A stretch of DNA of 64,000 nt from positions 704,001-768,000 of the forward strand of contig CAWDXG010000001.1 in assembly GCA_963806225.1 (NCBI GenBank), in the 5' to 3' direction. Under the pieces are notes generated by a model that was not told the DNA's origin, made no database searches, and worked only from the letters and a program-made list of their open reading frames with translations. Position numbers and translations under genes: made by a program. Positions 20,723-30,380 of this stretch are shown here, in pieces. The stretch's first letter is position 1, and each line of letters opens with the position of its first letter. The stretch is from an uncultured delta proteobacterium. Lineage in GTDB: Bacteria > Myxococcota_A > Polyangia > Polyangiales > Polyangiaceae.

Positions 20723-22486
20723 TCATCGGCTGGACTTCCGGCCGTTCCGGCGTGCATTGCGCTGGTAGGCGGAGAGGAAGAAACGCGTCGCGTGCGGGGC
20801 GGCTCCAGCGCGGAGCAGCGCCTCGAGCGCCGTGACCGGAACCGGATCGGACGCGAGCTGCTTCCGGAACACCTGGCGGAGCTTGCCGTCGGTCATGCCG
20901 TCGCACCGGTCCAGCTCCTGCAGGGCGTCTCTGCGCGCAACAGCTATCGATGGGCTACTGTTCGCGGCGTCGATCGGTTCGCCGGCGGCCAGCGCGGACG
21001 AGAGCAGCCCGAGCGAGCTGCCCAGAGCCGGCGGATAGTGGCGGACGACCCTTCCGTACCACTCCACCGCGCAGTCGAAGCGCCGGAGCATGAAACAGCC
21101 GCGCGCCACCTGCCGTAGCTTCGCCGGCTTGTCTGGAAGCGGTCCGAGCTCGAGCGCTCGCGCGTACTCATCCAGAGCCGCTCCCGGACGATGCTCGAAC
21201 ACGAGCGCATCGGCGAGGCGTTCGTGGGCGTACTCCTCCTGTGGGTACTGCTCCACGGCGGCGTGCCAGACCGAGGACGGGCTCGCCCACACGAGCGACT
21301 GCGCAAAGGACAAGGGCGCGTACCCGACGACGAGCGCCCCCACCAGAGCTCCGCCCAGGCGCTTCGAGCTGCTCGCCACGTGTTGCACGCCGAGACCCGC
21401 CAACAGCGCCAGACCCACCAGCGACAGATAGAAGTAGCTGTCGGCGGGCCCGCGACGCATCGGCAGAAGGCCGCTCGCCGGTGCGAACGTGACCACCACC
21501 CAGAGCAGGGACAACAAGACGACGTTCCGCCGGCGCAGATCCCACATGCGTGCGGCTAGAGCGAGCAGCATCGCCCACGCGCAGACCGCAGCCACGCCCG
21601 CGATTCCCCAAGTCGAGCCGAGCGAGCGCGGGAAGTACTCGAGGTAGACGGGGCTCAGCCACAAGGGAGCCGCCACATTCCTGAGCTGGAGCGCGAAGTG
21701 CTGCGCGGCAAACGCCAGGGATGCGGGCAGCGAGCGCTGCAGCATTCCGCCGAAGGCTTCGTGCAGATGCATCGACAGCGCGATCCAGAGCGGAGCGAGG
21801 GCGAGCTCCGCCGCCGCCAGGCGGCCCAGGTGCTGCTTCAGCAGCTCGCGGAGCTCCCGGCGGCAGGCCGCATCGACCAGCACCAGTGCCGGCAGGACGA
21901 TGCCAATCGGTTTTGCGCCCACGGCGATCACGAAGCCAGCCGCGTGGACGGCCAGCCAGCGGCCGGTTCGATGTCCCGACAGCGCCCGGCGCGCCGCCCA
22001 GTAGCCCAGCAGCACGCCAGCCGCCGCCAGCAGATCCTTGCGGCCCGTGCACCAGCTCACCGGCTCGGCCACGATGGGATGCAATGCAAACAGGGCGGCC
22101 GCGGCGAACGAGCCCGCCCAGCCGATGCCATGGCTCCGGGCGATCCGACGCACCAGAAGTACGTTGATCACCTGCAGCGCAACGTTGCCGAAGTGGAACG
22201 CCCACGCCGCGCCGCCGCCCAGGGCGTTGTCGAAAGCCTGGGTGACAACGGTCAGTGGCTGCGGATAGCCGAGGCCTGGTGTCAAGAGCAGCGCGCCCAG
22301 CCCCTGCGACAGCGGATGGCGGACCAGCGGATTGCCGAGGATGGCCTTCGGGTCGTCCCAGTTCGTGAAAGGAAACCCTAGAGTCCTGCCAAACGCGACC
22401 ACGACCAGGAGCACCAGCACTGCGTCGCCGATCAGCCATCGGCGCTCCGGGTGCGTGCCCGCAGGTTCGTGGTCAGGGCGTCGCAT
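20723..22486 (-). CDS. TMTC-like GT-C membrane glycosyltransferase with C-terminal TPRs
   Basis: FTNWDD..ILGNP, LFALHPIVAEPVSWCTGRKDLLA, ADSYFYL, many TM helices, TPR-like tail. Confidence 0.78.
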   Translation of the reverse strand: MRRPDHEPAGTHPERRWLIGDAVLVLLVVVAFGRTLGFPFTNWDDPKAILGNPLVRHPLSQGLGALLLTPGLGYPQPLTVVTQAFDNALGGGAAWAFHFGNVALQVINVLLVRRIARSHGIGWAGSFAAAALFALHPIVAEPVSWCTGRKDLLAAAGVLLGYWAARRALSGHRTGRWLAVHAAGFVIAVGAKPIGIVLPALVLVDAACRRELRELLKQHLGRLAAAELALAPLWIALSMHLHEAFGGMLQRSLPASLAFAAQHFALQLRNVAAPLWLSPVYLEYFPRSLGSTWGIAGVAAVCAWAMLLALAARMWDLRRRNVVLLSLLWVVVTFAPASGLLPMRRGPADSYFYLSLVGLALLAGLGVQHVASSSKRLGGALVGALVVGYAPLSFAQSLVWASPSSVWHAAVEQYPQEEYAHERLADALVFEHRPGAALDEYARALELGPLPDKPAKLRQVARGCFMLRRFDCAVEWYGRVVRHYPPALGSSLGLLSSALAAGEPIDAANSSPSIAVARRDALQELDRCDGMTDGKLRQVFRKQLASDPVPVTALEALLRAGAAPHATRFFLSAYQRNARRNGRKSSR

Positions 22487-22487
22487 G

Positions 22488-23177
22488 CTAGTCGTCGTGA
22501 TCGAGAAGCTCCCCGCCGCGGAGCTCGAACGGGTGCACGCCGAGGCGCCGCAGCAGAAGCGCGTGGTTCGTGGCGACGACCATGGTGACTGCCGGGTCGT
22601 CGCGGTAGCGGAGCAGGATGTCGTGGAACAGCGTCAGCGTTGTGGCGTCGAGGCCGGTGTCCGGGTCGTCGAAGAAGACGAAGTTGGGCTCGAGCGCCAG
22701 CGCGCGGGCGAGCGCGATGCGCTTTCTCACGCCGAAGGACAGGTGCGCGGGCAGCGAGTGCATGTCGGCTTGATCGACGCGGGCCTCGCTGAGGGCGTCG
22801 CGCGCGCGCTGCTCGATGGCGCCGGAGTCGAGGCCCAGCACGTCGGCGTGGTAGGACAGGGCGAGTGTGACGTTGGACAGCGCGGATTGGTTGGAGAGCA
22901 GGCCGCCGTTCTGGAACACGAAGCCGCAGCGGACGCCGCTCTGGAACAGCGCGCTCGGTCGGTGCGGATCCGGTTCGTGTCCGTCGAGCAGCACGCGGCC
23001 GTTCGTCGCAGGAACAAGCCCGGCGCACACGTACAGCAGCGTGGACTTTCCGACGCCGTTGTCGCCGGTCACGACGAGCACGCTGCCCCGCGGTACATCG
23101 AGGCTGGTCTCGATCAGCACCGGCAGGTCGCCGTAGCTGAAAGACACCTCGCGAAGCGAGAGCCCCGCGTCGTTCAA
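22488..23177 (-). CDS. mlaF: ABC ATPase, MlaF/Mkl-like
   Basis: GDNGVGKST, GFVFQNGGL, LSFGVRKRIALARALALEP, FFDDPDTGLD; adjacent to MlaE. Confidence 0.75.
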   Translation of the reverse strand: MNDAGLSLREVSFSYGDLPVLIETSLDVPRGSVLVVTGDNGVGKSTLLYVCAGLVPATNGRVLLDGHEPDPHRPSALFQSGVRCGFVFQNGGLLSNQSALSNVTLALSYHADVLGLDSGAIEQRARDALSEARVDQADMHSLPAHLSFGVRKRIALARALALEPNFVFFDDPDTGLDATTLTLFHDILLRYRDDPAVTMVVATNHALLLRRLGVHPFELRGGELLDHDD

Positions 23178-24040
23178 AATGGCCCCGTGCCCTGGAGCGG
23201 CGCGCCGACGATCCAGTAGAAGCAGGCGGTGACCAGTGTGTTGTAGGCGACGCAGCCGAACAGGCTGAGCATCACCGCGCGGCTCGCCTGCTGCGGCACT
23301 TCCGTCGGCGAGCTCTTGACCTGCAAGCCGTAGTGGCAGCTGAGCCAGCCGACGATGGCGCCGAGCCCGACGCCCTTGAGCAGGAAGAGCACGAGATCGG
23401 CAGGGCCGAGCGCCTGGGCGAAACCGGCACGCAGCGCGCTGAAGCTGGTCGAGGTGATGAACAGGCTCACGACGTAGCCGCCGAGAATGGCGACGACGCT
23501 GAAGTACACCGTGAGCACCAGCACGCTGACGACGGTCGCGATGATGCGCGGCAGCACGATGAAGCGCGGCGGATCGATGCCCAGAGAGGCGAGCGCCAAC
23601 ACCTCGGAGTTGGCGCGCATGTTGCCAAGCTCGGTGGCGATGGCGGTGCCGGAACGTCCGGCGACGACGATGGCCGTGATCAGGGGGGCGAGCTCACGCG
23701 GCACGACCGCCACGAGGATCTTGCCGAGCATGTCGGACGGCGTACCGGGAGCGAGGATGTTGGTCTGGATGATGATCGTGGCGCCGATGAAGATCGCGAT
23801 CAGGCTGACCAGCGTGACTGCCTGCACGCCGGTGAACTGGATCTGGGCAAGCGCGATGCGGCGCGCGGTCGCGCGCGCGCTCTCGCCGGGAGTCTTCACC
23901 GAGCCGAGCGCGTCGGTGAGCGTCGTCCACAAGGCGCGGTAGCCGCGCCAGGCGCGGATCGCGCGGCGGCCGAGCAGCGCCACCCAGCCCGCCTGGGGAG
24001 CGAGCTCGCTTCGGGGGTCGTAGGGCAGGGTCTGGCGCAA
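23174..24040 (-). CDS. mlaE: MlaE-family permease
   Basis: RELAPLITAIVVAGRSGTAIATELGNM..E..AL..LGIDP..FIVLPR. Confidence 0.88.
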   Translation of the reverse strand: MRQTLPYDPRSELAPQAGWVALLGRRAIRAWRGYRALWTTLTDALGSVKTPGESARATARRIALAQIQFTGVQAVTLVSLIAIFIGATIIIQTNILAPGTPSDMLGKILVAVVPRELAPLITAIVVAGRSGTAIATELGNMRANSEVLALASLGIDPPRFIVLPRIIATVVSVLVLTVYFSVVAILGGYVVSLFITSTSFSALRAGFAQALGPADLVLFLLKGVGLGAIVGWLSCHYGLQVKSSPTEVPQQASRAVMLSLFGCVAYNTLVTACFYWIVGAPLQGTGPF

Positions 24041-24043
24041 CGG

Positions 24044-25564
24044 TCAGCGTCCCAGGCGGGTGAGCTTCTGCAGGGACTCGCGGATCCCCGGATAGATTCC
24101 CATATAGACCTCGCGATACAGCTCGTCGTAGCGGTCCGCCGCGGAGCCGGGCTGGAACGTCTCGGCCGTGGAGCTCATGCTGCGCGCCGCAGCGGGAACG
24201 TCGGCGTGGAGGCCGGCACCCGCGGCAGCGAGCATGCCGGCGCCGAGCGCGGTGGCCTCGCTCTCGCCGGCGCGCACGACGCGCTTGTTCATCACGTCGG
24301 CGATGAGCTGGCACCACAGCGCGCTCCGTGACCCGCCGCCCATGGCGACGAGCTCCTCGATGCGCTGTCTGGAGGCGCGCTCGACGCCTTCGAGGTGCAG
24401 CCTCTGCTCGAACGCAATGCCTTCCAGCACGGCGCGGTACACGTGCGCGGGCCCGTGCCCGCCGTGCCAGCCGATCGTGATGCCGGCGGCCTCGTCGTCC
24501 CAGTAGGGATTCATCACGCCATTCCAGTACGGCACGAGCATCAGCCCGTCGGAGCCGGGCGGGATGCCCACCGCGCTGGCTTCCAGCTCGGCGAGCACGG
24601 CGTTCGTGTCCCGGGCGTCCCGCCCGAGGAGCTTTTCCACGAGCCAGGTCAGCGTGAACGTTCCGCCCTTGAGATCCGTCTCCAGAAAGAAGCTCGCGGG
24701 CGCCGCGCCGATCATGGTGCGGAAGGCGCGGTCGATGCGCACGTCCCGCGACAGCACGCCGGAGACGATGGCGGTGCCGAGGTTCAGATACGCGCGGCCC
24801 GGCGCGCTGATACCAGCACCGAGGCCCGCGGCCTGCCCGTCGCCGGCTCCTGCGATGACGGGCAGACCCGCCGGAAGGCCGCACGCGCCAGCCGCCCCCG
24901 CCGACAGCGTTCCGAGCGGCGCCCCGGGCTCGACCAGCTCGGGGAGCTGGCTGCGCTCGAGTCCGGCAAGCCCGACAAGCTCGTCCGACCAATCGCGCTT
25001 CTTCAAGTCGACCAGACCGAGCGGATCGGCGCTGGCGAGCGAGGTGGCGAAGCGTCCGGTGAGCCGCCAGACGAGGAATGCATGCACGTCGCAGAACCGG
25101 AATGCGGTGCTCCCGAGCTGTGGCTCGAGCTCCATCAGGAACAGGTGCTTGTAGAGCGAAGGCGTCACGCAGGCGGGCTTGCCGCTGATCTCGTGCAGGC
25201 GCGCTTCGCCCAGGCGTTCGATCGCGGTCTTGACCTGCGGACGGCAGCGCGCATCCATCCACGAAAGGGCGGGGCGGAGCGGGCGGCTGCTGTCGTCGGT
25301 GAGCACGAAGGTCTCGCGCTGGTGCGTCACGGCCAGAGCGCGAAGCCGTCCCGCGTCATTGCCAAGCGAGGCCACTGCGGCGCGGACGGCGGTCGTCGTC
25401 GCGCTCCACCACTCTTCGGCGTCCTGTTCCCAGGCGTCGGGCGCGGGGTTGTCGAGCGCGATCGGTGCGCGCCCTGCGGCCTTTCTGTGGCCCTCCAGAT
25501 CCCACGCGATGGCCTTCACCGCCGTCGTGCTGCAGTCGATGCCGAGAACCGTCGCGTCGTCCAT
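24044..25564 (-). CDS. FGGY-family carbohydrate kinase (xylulokinase-like)
   Basis: LGIDCSTTAVKA, EQDAEEWW, HQRET, GAGDGQAA, RAVLEG, GGGSRS.LW.Q. Confidence 0.88.
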   Translation of the reverse strand: MDDATVLGIDCSTTAVKAIAWDLEGHRKAAGRAPIALDNPAPDAWEQDAEEWWSATTTAVRAAVASLGNDAGRLRALAVTHQRETFVLTDDSSRPLRPALSWMDARCRPQVKTAIERLGEARLHEISGKPACVTPSLYKHLFLMELEPQLGSTAFRFCDVHAFLVWRLTGRFATSLASADPLGLVDLKKRDWSDELVGLAGLERSQLPELVEPGAPLGTLSAGAAGACGLPAGLPVIAGAGDGQAAGLGAGISAPGRAYLNLGTAIVSGVLSRDVRIDRAFRTMIGAAPASFFLETDLKGGTFTLTWLVEKLLGRDARDTNAVLAELEASAVGIPPGSDGLMLVPYWNGVMNPYWDDEAAGITIGWHGGHGPAHVYRAVLEGIAFEQRLHLEGVERASRQRIEELVAMGGGSRSALWCQLIADVMNKRVVRAGESEATALGAGMLAAAGAGLHADVPAAARSMSSTAETFQPGSAADRYDELYREVYMGIYPGIRESLQKLTRLGR

Positions 25565-25566
25565 GG

Positions 25567-26604
25567 CTAGCCGAAGAAGCGTGAGAACGGCATGTCGATG
25601 GGCGCGTCGTCCAACGCGACCTCGGCCATATGCCGGAGCAGCGGCAGCTCGTCGTGGCGCAGGCGTCCCTGGGCCTCGAGCGCGGGCAGTGCCGTGCGCA
25701 TGACGGCGAGGATGTCGAGGCATTCCAGCGTCGCCCCCTGCATCCGCCGGACCGCTTCGTCGCGTCCCAGGCCGAGGCCGAGCAGCCGCCCGAAGCGCCC
25801 GGTACGTCCGCCGTTGCACGTCACGTCGAGATCGCCGACGCCCGCCATGCCGACCGCGCTGTCCGGACTGCCGCCGAGCAGCTCGACGATGCGCTGCATC
25901 TCGCGCACCGACTGGGCGAAGACCGCGGACTCGTAGTTGTGCATGGCCACGCTGCCGGGCGCTCCACCGCCCTTTTCGTGCAGACCCTGCGCGAATGCCA
26001 TACCCATGGCGTAGGCGTTCTTGAGCGCTGCGCACGCCTCCACGCCGGCTACGTCCGCGCTCGGCCACAGGTGGTAGTACGGCGTGCTGAAGAGCTTTGC
26101 GACCCGCTCCGCCGCGGACAGATCGCGGCTCGTCACCACGACGCAGGTCTCCACGCGGCGCGCCAGCTCGCCCGCGATGCACGGCCCGGCCACCGCGACC
26201 GGTTCGATGCCCGGCTGGCCCAGGCCGTCGCGCAGCACGTCCGGCAGCAGAGCCAGCTCCGAATCGCCCCACTCCAGACCCTTGGTGATCATGGCGATCG
26301 GCACGTCGCGGCGCGCGTAGGGGGCGAGCTTTTCCGCGGCCCAGCGCACGCCCGGCGAGCTGACGCCGACGCCGATCACCTCGGCGCCCTGCATCGCCTG
26401 CTCGAGCTGCTCGACGGGGTAGGCGCGGATGCCGCGCGGCAGCTCGAAGGAGAGCTTGGGATGCACGCCGCTCTCCCGCAGGCTCTCGACGATTGCCCCG
26501 TCCAGGTGCGTGCCGACCAGCCGCACGTCGTGGCCCCGGTCCACGAGCGGTACGCACAGTGCGCTGCCCATCATGCCGGCGCCGAGCACGGTAATGCAGG
26601 TCAT
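25567..26604 (-). CDS. NAD(P)H-dependent glycerol-3-phosphate dehydrogenase (GpsA)-like protein
   Basis: VLGAGMMG, ITKG, GPCIAGE, ALKNAYA, AGVGDLDVTC..GR. Confidence 0.8.
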   Translation of the reverse strand: MTCITVLGAGMMGSALCVPLVDRGHDVRLVGTHLDGAIVESLRESGVHPKLSFELPRGIRAYPVEQLEQAMQGAEVIGVGVSSPGVRWAAEKLAPYARRDVPIAMITKGLEWGDSELALLPDVLRDGLGQPGIEPVAVAGPCIAGELARRVETCVVVTSRDLSAAERVAKLFSTPYYHLWPSADVAGVEACAALKNAYAMGMAFAQGLHEKGGGAPGSVAMHNYESAVFAQSVREMQRIVELLGGSPDSAVGMAGVGDLDVTCNGGRTGRFGRLLGLGLGRDEAVRRMQGATLECLDILAVMRTALPALEAQGRLRHDELPLLRHMAEVALDDAPIDMPFSRFFG

Positions 26605-26678
26605 CGTCCGGTACATAGCGGGGCGTTGCGGGGCGGACAAGGCGCTCCCGCGACGCTATGGTCGGTGTGGGGCCGCAG

Positions 26679-27428
26679 ATGCCGCGCATTACCTTCGTTG
26701 GAACCGGGGAAGCCTTCGATCCAGGCCTCCCGAACACGAGCTTGCTCTACCGGGGCGAGAGCACGTTGCTCTGCGACTGCGGATTCCGTGTGCCGCACGC
26801 CTTCTGGAACCTGACCGGCGATCCGTCGCTGCTCGACGCCATCTACATCACGCACCAGCATGCCGATCACAGCTTCGGTCTGCCCGCACTGCTGCTCTGG
26901 ATGCGCGAGGAAGGGCGCACGCGCCCGCTCGAGGTGGTCGGTGGACCCGGCGTCGGTGCCTGGCTCGAGAAGTTGCTCGAGCTCGGCTATCCCGGCTCCT
27001 ACGCGCCCGACCGCTGCTACCCGATCGAACCCCGTGAGCTTCGTCCCGGCGAGCAGCTCGAACGCGGAGCACTGTGGCTTTCCAATTCGAAGAGCGGCCA
27101 CGGCGTGCGCAACCTGTCGTTGCGCATCGACGAGAGCCCGCACAGTTTCGCCTACAGCGGCGACGGCGCTCCCAGCGACGCGACGCGCGCGCTGTACCGC
27201 GGCGTCGGGCTGCTCGTGCACGAGTGCTACGCCGCGGACGACGCGCCGCGCGGTCACGCGAGCGCCCGCGAGCTCCTGGCGATGGCGGACGAGCTCGGCG
27301 TCGGCACGCTGTGCCTGCTGCACATCGGGCGCCGCGAGAAGGACGCCGTACGCGCAGAGGTCGCGCGCTATCGCGGCGCTACGCGCGTGGTGCTGCCCGC
27401 CCCGGGTGACAGCATCGAGCTTCAGTGA
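26679..27428 (+). CDS. MBL-fold hydrolase, RNase Z-like
   Basis: FVGTGEA, LCDCG, THQHADH, YSGD, HEC, H.S, LLH. Confidence 0.85.
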   Translation: MPRITFVGTGEAFDPGLPNTSLLYRGESTLLCDCGFRVPHAFWNLTGDPSLLDAIYITHQHADHSFGLPALLLWMREEGRTRPLEVVGGPGVGAWLEKLLELGYPGSYAPDRCYPIEPRELRPGEQLERGALWLSNSKSGHGVRNLSLRIDESPHSFAYSGDGAPSDATRALYRGVGLLVHECYAADDAPRGHASARELLAMADELGVGTLCLLHIGRREKDAVRAEVARYRGATRVVLPAPGDSIELQ

Positions 27429-28899
27429 CTCGCGCGCCGGGGCCGGGTGCCGGCTTCTTCGTGGTGTCCTTCTTTGGCGCGGCGAACCCCGGCAGATCGA
27501 TCTTCGGCGGCGCGGGCAGACCCGTGGGCAGCTGCGGCAGGCCGCTCGGCAGAGCCGGCAGGCCGCTCGGCAGAGCCGGCGGAGAGGCCGCGCTGCCGCT
27601 GGCACCAGGGACGGGTAGACCGAGGTCGCCGAGGCCGGGTAGCTTGGACAGATCGAACTGGGGCAGATCGGCGAGGCTCGGCAGCTTCAACGGCTTGAGG
27701 CCGCAGCCGACTCCGATGGTGCGCAGGACCTTGGCGTCGGAGAGCTTGCGCGTGTCGGCGTCGATCTTCACGACCACGGCCACGCTGCCGCCCAGCGCCT
27801 GGTGCGCCGCCAGCCCGAGCCAGTGCCCGACGGTGCGTCCCAGGTGCGAATCCGCCGCGGACTTTGCCACGGTTGCGCACGCCAGGCTGCCCTTCAGGTC
27901 GAGCTGGATGCGCGCGTGATCCTGCTGCCGGGTGACGACGCCCTTGCCACCCAGCTTGAACGAACCTGCGCCGAGCTTGATGTCGCTCAGCACCACCTGC
28001 ATGCGATCGGCGGCGATGCGGAACCTGGACTCTACCGTCGTCGTGTCGCCGAACACGATCTCGTCAAGCTCGCGCGGGTGGGGCGGCACCCAACCTTTCA
28101 GCGTGAGGTCGAGGTTGCCGTCGAGCGGACCTGTGCCGTCACCCAGCGCGAGCACCAGGCGGGCCTTGGCCTTGATGTGGTCGGCGGGGAGACCGAGCTG
28201 GAAGAGGTCGTTCAAACTCGAGAGCGGCGTCTCTTCGATGTCGATGCTGGCGCTGGGCTTGTCGCCGGCGTAGCCGAGCTCCACCCTGACCGGTGTGTTC
28301 GACAGTGTGCGCGCTCCCACGCCGAGCTCGACCTTGGTCGCGCTGCGCTTCCACACGGCATCCAGGCCGCCGAGATCATGGCTGGCCACGCTGACCTTCT
28401 TTGCGTTCAGCATGGACGCGCCGTCGCTGGCGTTGCCCAGTTCGCCCCCCTCCACCGAGAGCCAGGTGCCGGAGCCGTGCTGGGACAAATACACGAGTTT
28501 GATGCCGTGGGCGGCGAGCGGAGTGCCGGAGAAACTGCCGCCGTAGCGCTGGGCCCAGCGCGCCACGTCGAGCGCGATCGCCGCAGGCGCACCGGCCGCC
28601 TGCACGTTCACGCCGGTGAGCGTGATCTTCGAAGGCGTGAAGCCGTCCAGCTCGATGTCGGCGCGGGTCAGCTTGCCGGTGACGCCGCGCACTCCCGCGA
28701 GCTTGAAGCCGAACCCGTCGAGCTGGACCCAGCCCAGGCCGTAGTCGACCTCTCCGGCAGTGAGCTCGACGCCGCGTTCGTGTGCCTGGGCGATCACGTA
28801 GCGCGTGAGCAATGGTTTGATCGCGAGCAGCAGTCCGACGACGACCACCACCGCGCCGACTGCGATCACGCCGAGCGCGATCTTGATGCCCTTGCGCAC
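27379..28899 (-). CDS. Membrane-anchored beta-rich hypothetical protein (possibly AsmA-like), Pro-rich tail
   Basis: Single N-terminal TM helix, amphipathic beta strands, PALPSGL repeats (21-bp duplication at 27535-27576). Confidence 0.6.
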   Translation of the reverse strand: MRKGIKIALGVIAVGAVVVVVGLLLAIKPLLTRYVIAQAHERGVELTAGEVDYGLGWVQLDGFGFKLAGVRGVTGKLTRADIELDGFTPSKITLTGVNVQAAGAPAAIALDVARWAQRYGGSFSGTPLAAHGIKLVYLSQHGSGTWLSVEGGELGNASDGASMLNAKKVSVASHDLGGLDAVWKRSATKVELGVGARTLSNTPVRVELGYAGDKPSASIDIEETPLSSLNDLFQLGLPADHIKAKARLVLALGDGTGPLDGNLDLTLKGWVPPHPRELDEIVFGDTTTVESRFRIAADRMQVVLSDIKLGAGSFKLGGKGVVTRQQDHARIQLDLKGSLACATVAKSAADSHLGRTVGHWLGLAAHQALGGSVAVVVKIDADTRKLSDAKVLRTIGVGCGLKPLKLPSLADLPQFDLSKLPGLGDLGLPVPGASGSAASPPALPSGLPALPSGLPQLPTGLPAPPKIDLPGFAAPKKDTTKKPAPGPGARVTEARCCHPGRAAPRA

Positions 28900-28975
28900 T
28901 TGTCGATGCCCTCCGCGCCCACCTTGGACGAATCGGCGCAGGGCGTCTACTTCCAGGGGAACGCGCCGCGGCCGA

Positions 28976-29788
28976 CTACCCGACCTTGATCGTCGGGCCG
29001 TACAGGCCGACGAGCAGGATGACGAGCGCGACCGTCGTCGCGAGCCGGTACCAGGCCCGGTCGCCGTCGCTCGGCGGCGGCGTGAGCGTGACCAGCGAGT
29101 GGCGGTCGACGATCCCCAGCGCGACCACGTTCGTCACGTCGAGTACCAGATGCAGGGCGATGGCGACCCAGAGCGAGCCGCTCAGCAGATACGCAGCGAG
29201 CAACATCCCGCCGCCTAGAGCCCAGCTTGCGGTCTGCGCGACCGTCACGCGGTTCGTCAGGGTGTGGATCGCGGTGAAGAGTACAGTGGACGTGATGGCC
29301 ACGGTCCAGGGGCCGGAGTCGAGCAGCTCGAGCGTGATGTAGCCCCGGAACAGCACCTCCTCCGCGGCCGCCACCGCGAGCAGCACCAGCAGCATTCCCA
29401 GCGCGCTGAGGGCGTTTTCCAGCGAAATTCCGCTGCGACGGCGCTCCACCGAGGCCCGGCCGGTGAGGGCCAGGACGGTCAGGAAGCCGATCGACACCCC
29501 GGCCACGAGCACGGTGCCGCCCGCCATCGCGGCGGCGTCCTGCGCGGTCGCGCTCAGCCCCAGCGCGCCGATGCTCCGATGATCGAGCAGTGCCAGCATC
29601 GCCAGGACGATGCCCACCACGACCAGATTCGCCGCTACGCCGAGCAGCATCACCCGGGCCGACGTCCGGCTGCTCATTTCCCGCAGATCCAAGTCTAGCC
29701 AACGCATGAGCCGCGTCGTGAGGAGCGCGATCCCGACGTAGGCCACGATAGCGAGCAGCACCCGCAGCCACGGAAGCAGAGAAGCCAT
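28976..29788 (-). CDS. CPBP (Abi/CAAX) intramembrane metalloprotease
   Basis: AAEEVLFRG, FTAIH, SGSLWVAIALH. Confidence 0.88.
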   Translation of the reverse strand: MASLLPWLRVLLAIVAYVGIALLTTRLMRWLDLDLREMSSRTSARVMLLGVAANLVVVGIVLAMLALLDHRSIGALGLSATAQDAAAMAGGTVLVAGVSIGFLTVLALTGRASVERRRSGISLENALSALGMLLVLLAVAAAEEVLFRGYITLELLDSGPWTVAITSTVLFTAIHTLTNRVTVAQTASWALGGGMLLAAYLLSGSLWVAIALHLVLDVTNVVALGIVDRHSLVTLTPPPSDGDRAWYRLATTVALVILLVGLYGPTIKVG

Positions 29789-29798
29789 GACATTGACC

Positions 29799-30380
29799 TC
29801 ACGCGCGGGTCGCGCCGGAGCTCCAGCTTCTGAACGCGGCGTCGAGACTGGCGACGACGCGGTCGAAGCTGCGGTCCACGTCCTGGGGTATCCCGAATCC
29901 GCCGGCCGATTCGAGGCTGACGAAACCGTGCAAGGTGCTGCGCAGGACCCGGGTGGCGTCGACCAGGTCGGCGCCGGACAGGCCATAGCCGTCGAGTACG
30001 GCGAAGACGATCTGCAGCACCGCCTCGCTGGCGGCCCGGAGCGCGTCGTCGCCGGATTCCGGCGCGCGCAGGGTCGCTGCGTAGCGCCCCGGGTGATGCC
30101 GCGCGTAGCTCCGGTAGGCGTCGGCGAGTGCGCGGAGCGCCGCGTTGCCCGACTTGCCTACGGCCGCCCGGCCCAGCTCCTCGGCGAGCTCGCGGACCGC
30201 CAACACGGCGACAAGGCCGCGCAGCGCATCCAGCCCCTTCACATGCTTGTACAGGCTGGGGAGCCGCACACCGAAGGACGCGGCGACGCCGGCCAGGGTG
30301 AGCGCCTCGTAGCCAACCTCGTCGGCGAGGCGGGCCGCCTCCTCGACGACCCGCTCCTCGCTGAGCCCGGCCCTAGGCAC
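29799..30380 (-). CDS. TetR-family regulator with WHG-type C-terminal domain
   Basis: HTH LTLAGVAASFGVRLPSLYKHV; HPGRY; STLHGFVSLE. Confidence 0.9.
   Translation of the reverse strand: MPRAGLSEERVVEEAARLADEVGYEALTLAGVAASFGVRLPSLYKHVKGLDALRGLVAVLAVRELAEELGRAAVGKSGNAALRALADAYRSYARHHPGRYAATLRAPESGDDALRAASEAVLQIVFAVLDGYGLSGADLVDATRVLRSTLHGFVSLESAGGFGIPQDVDRSFDRVVASLDAAFRSWSSGATRA

Noticed and set aside
24044..26737. 897-aa ORF as one protein
   Set aside because: The N-terminal part is an off-frame reading of the GpsA-like gene; the kinase starts at 25564
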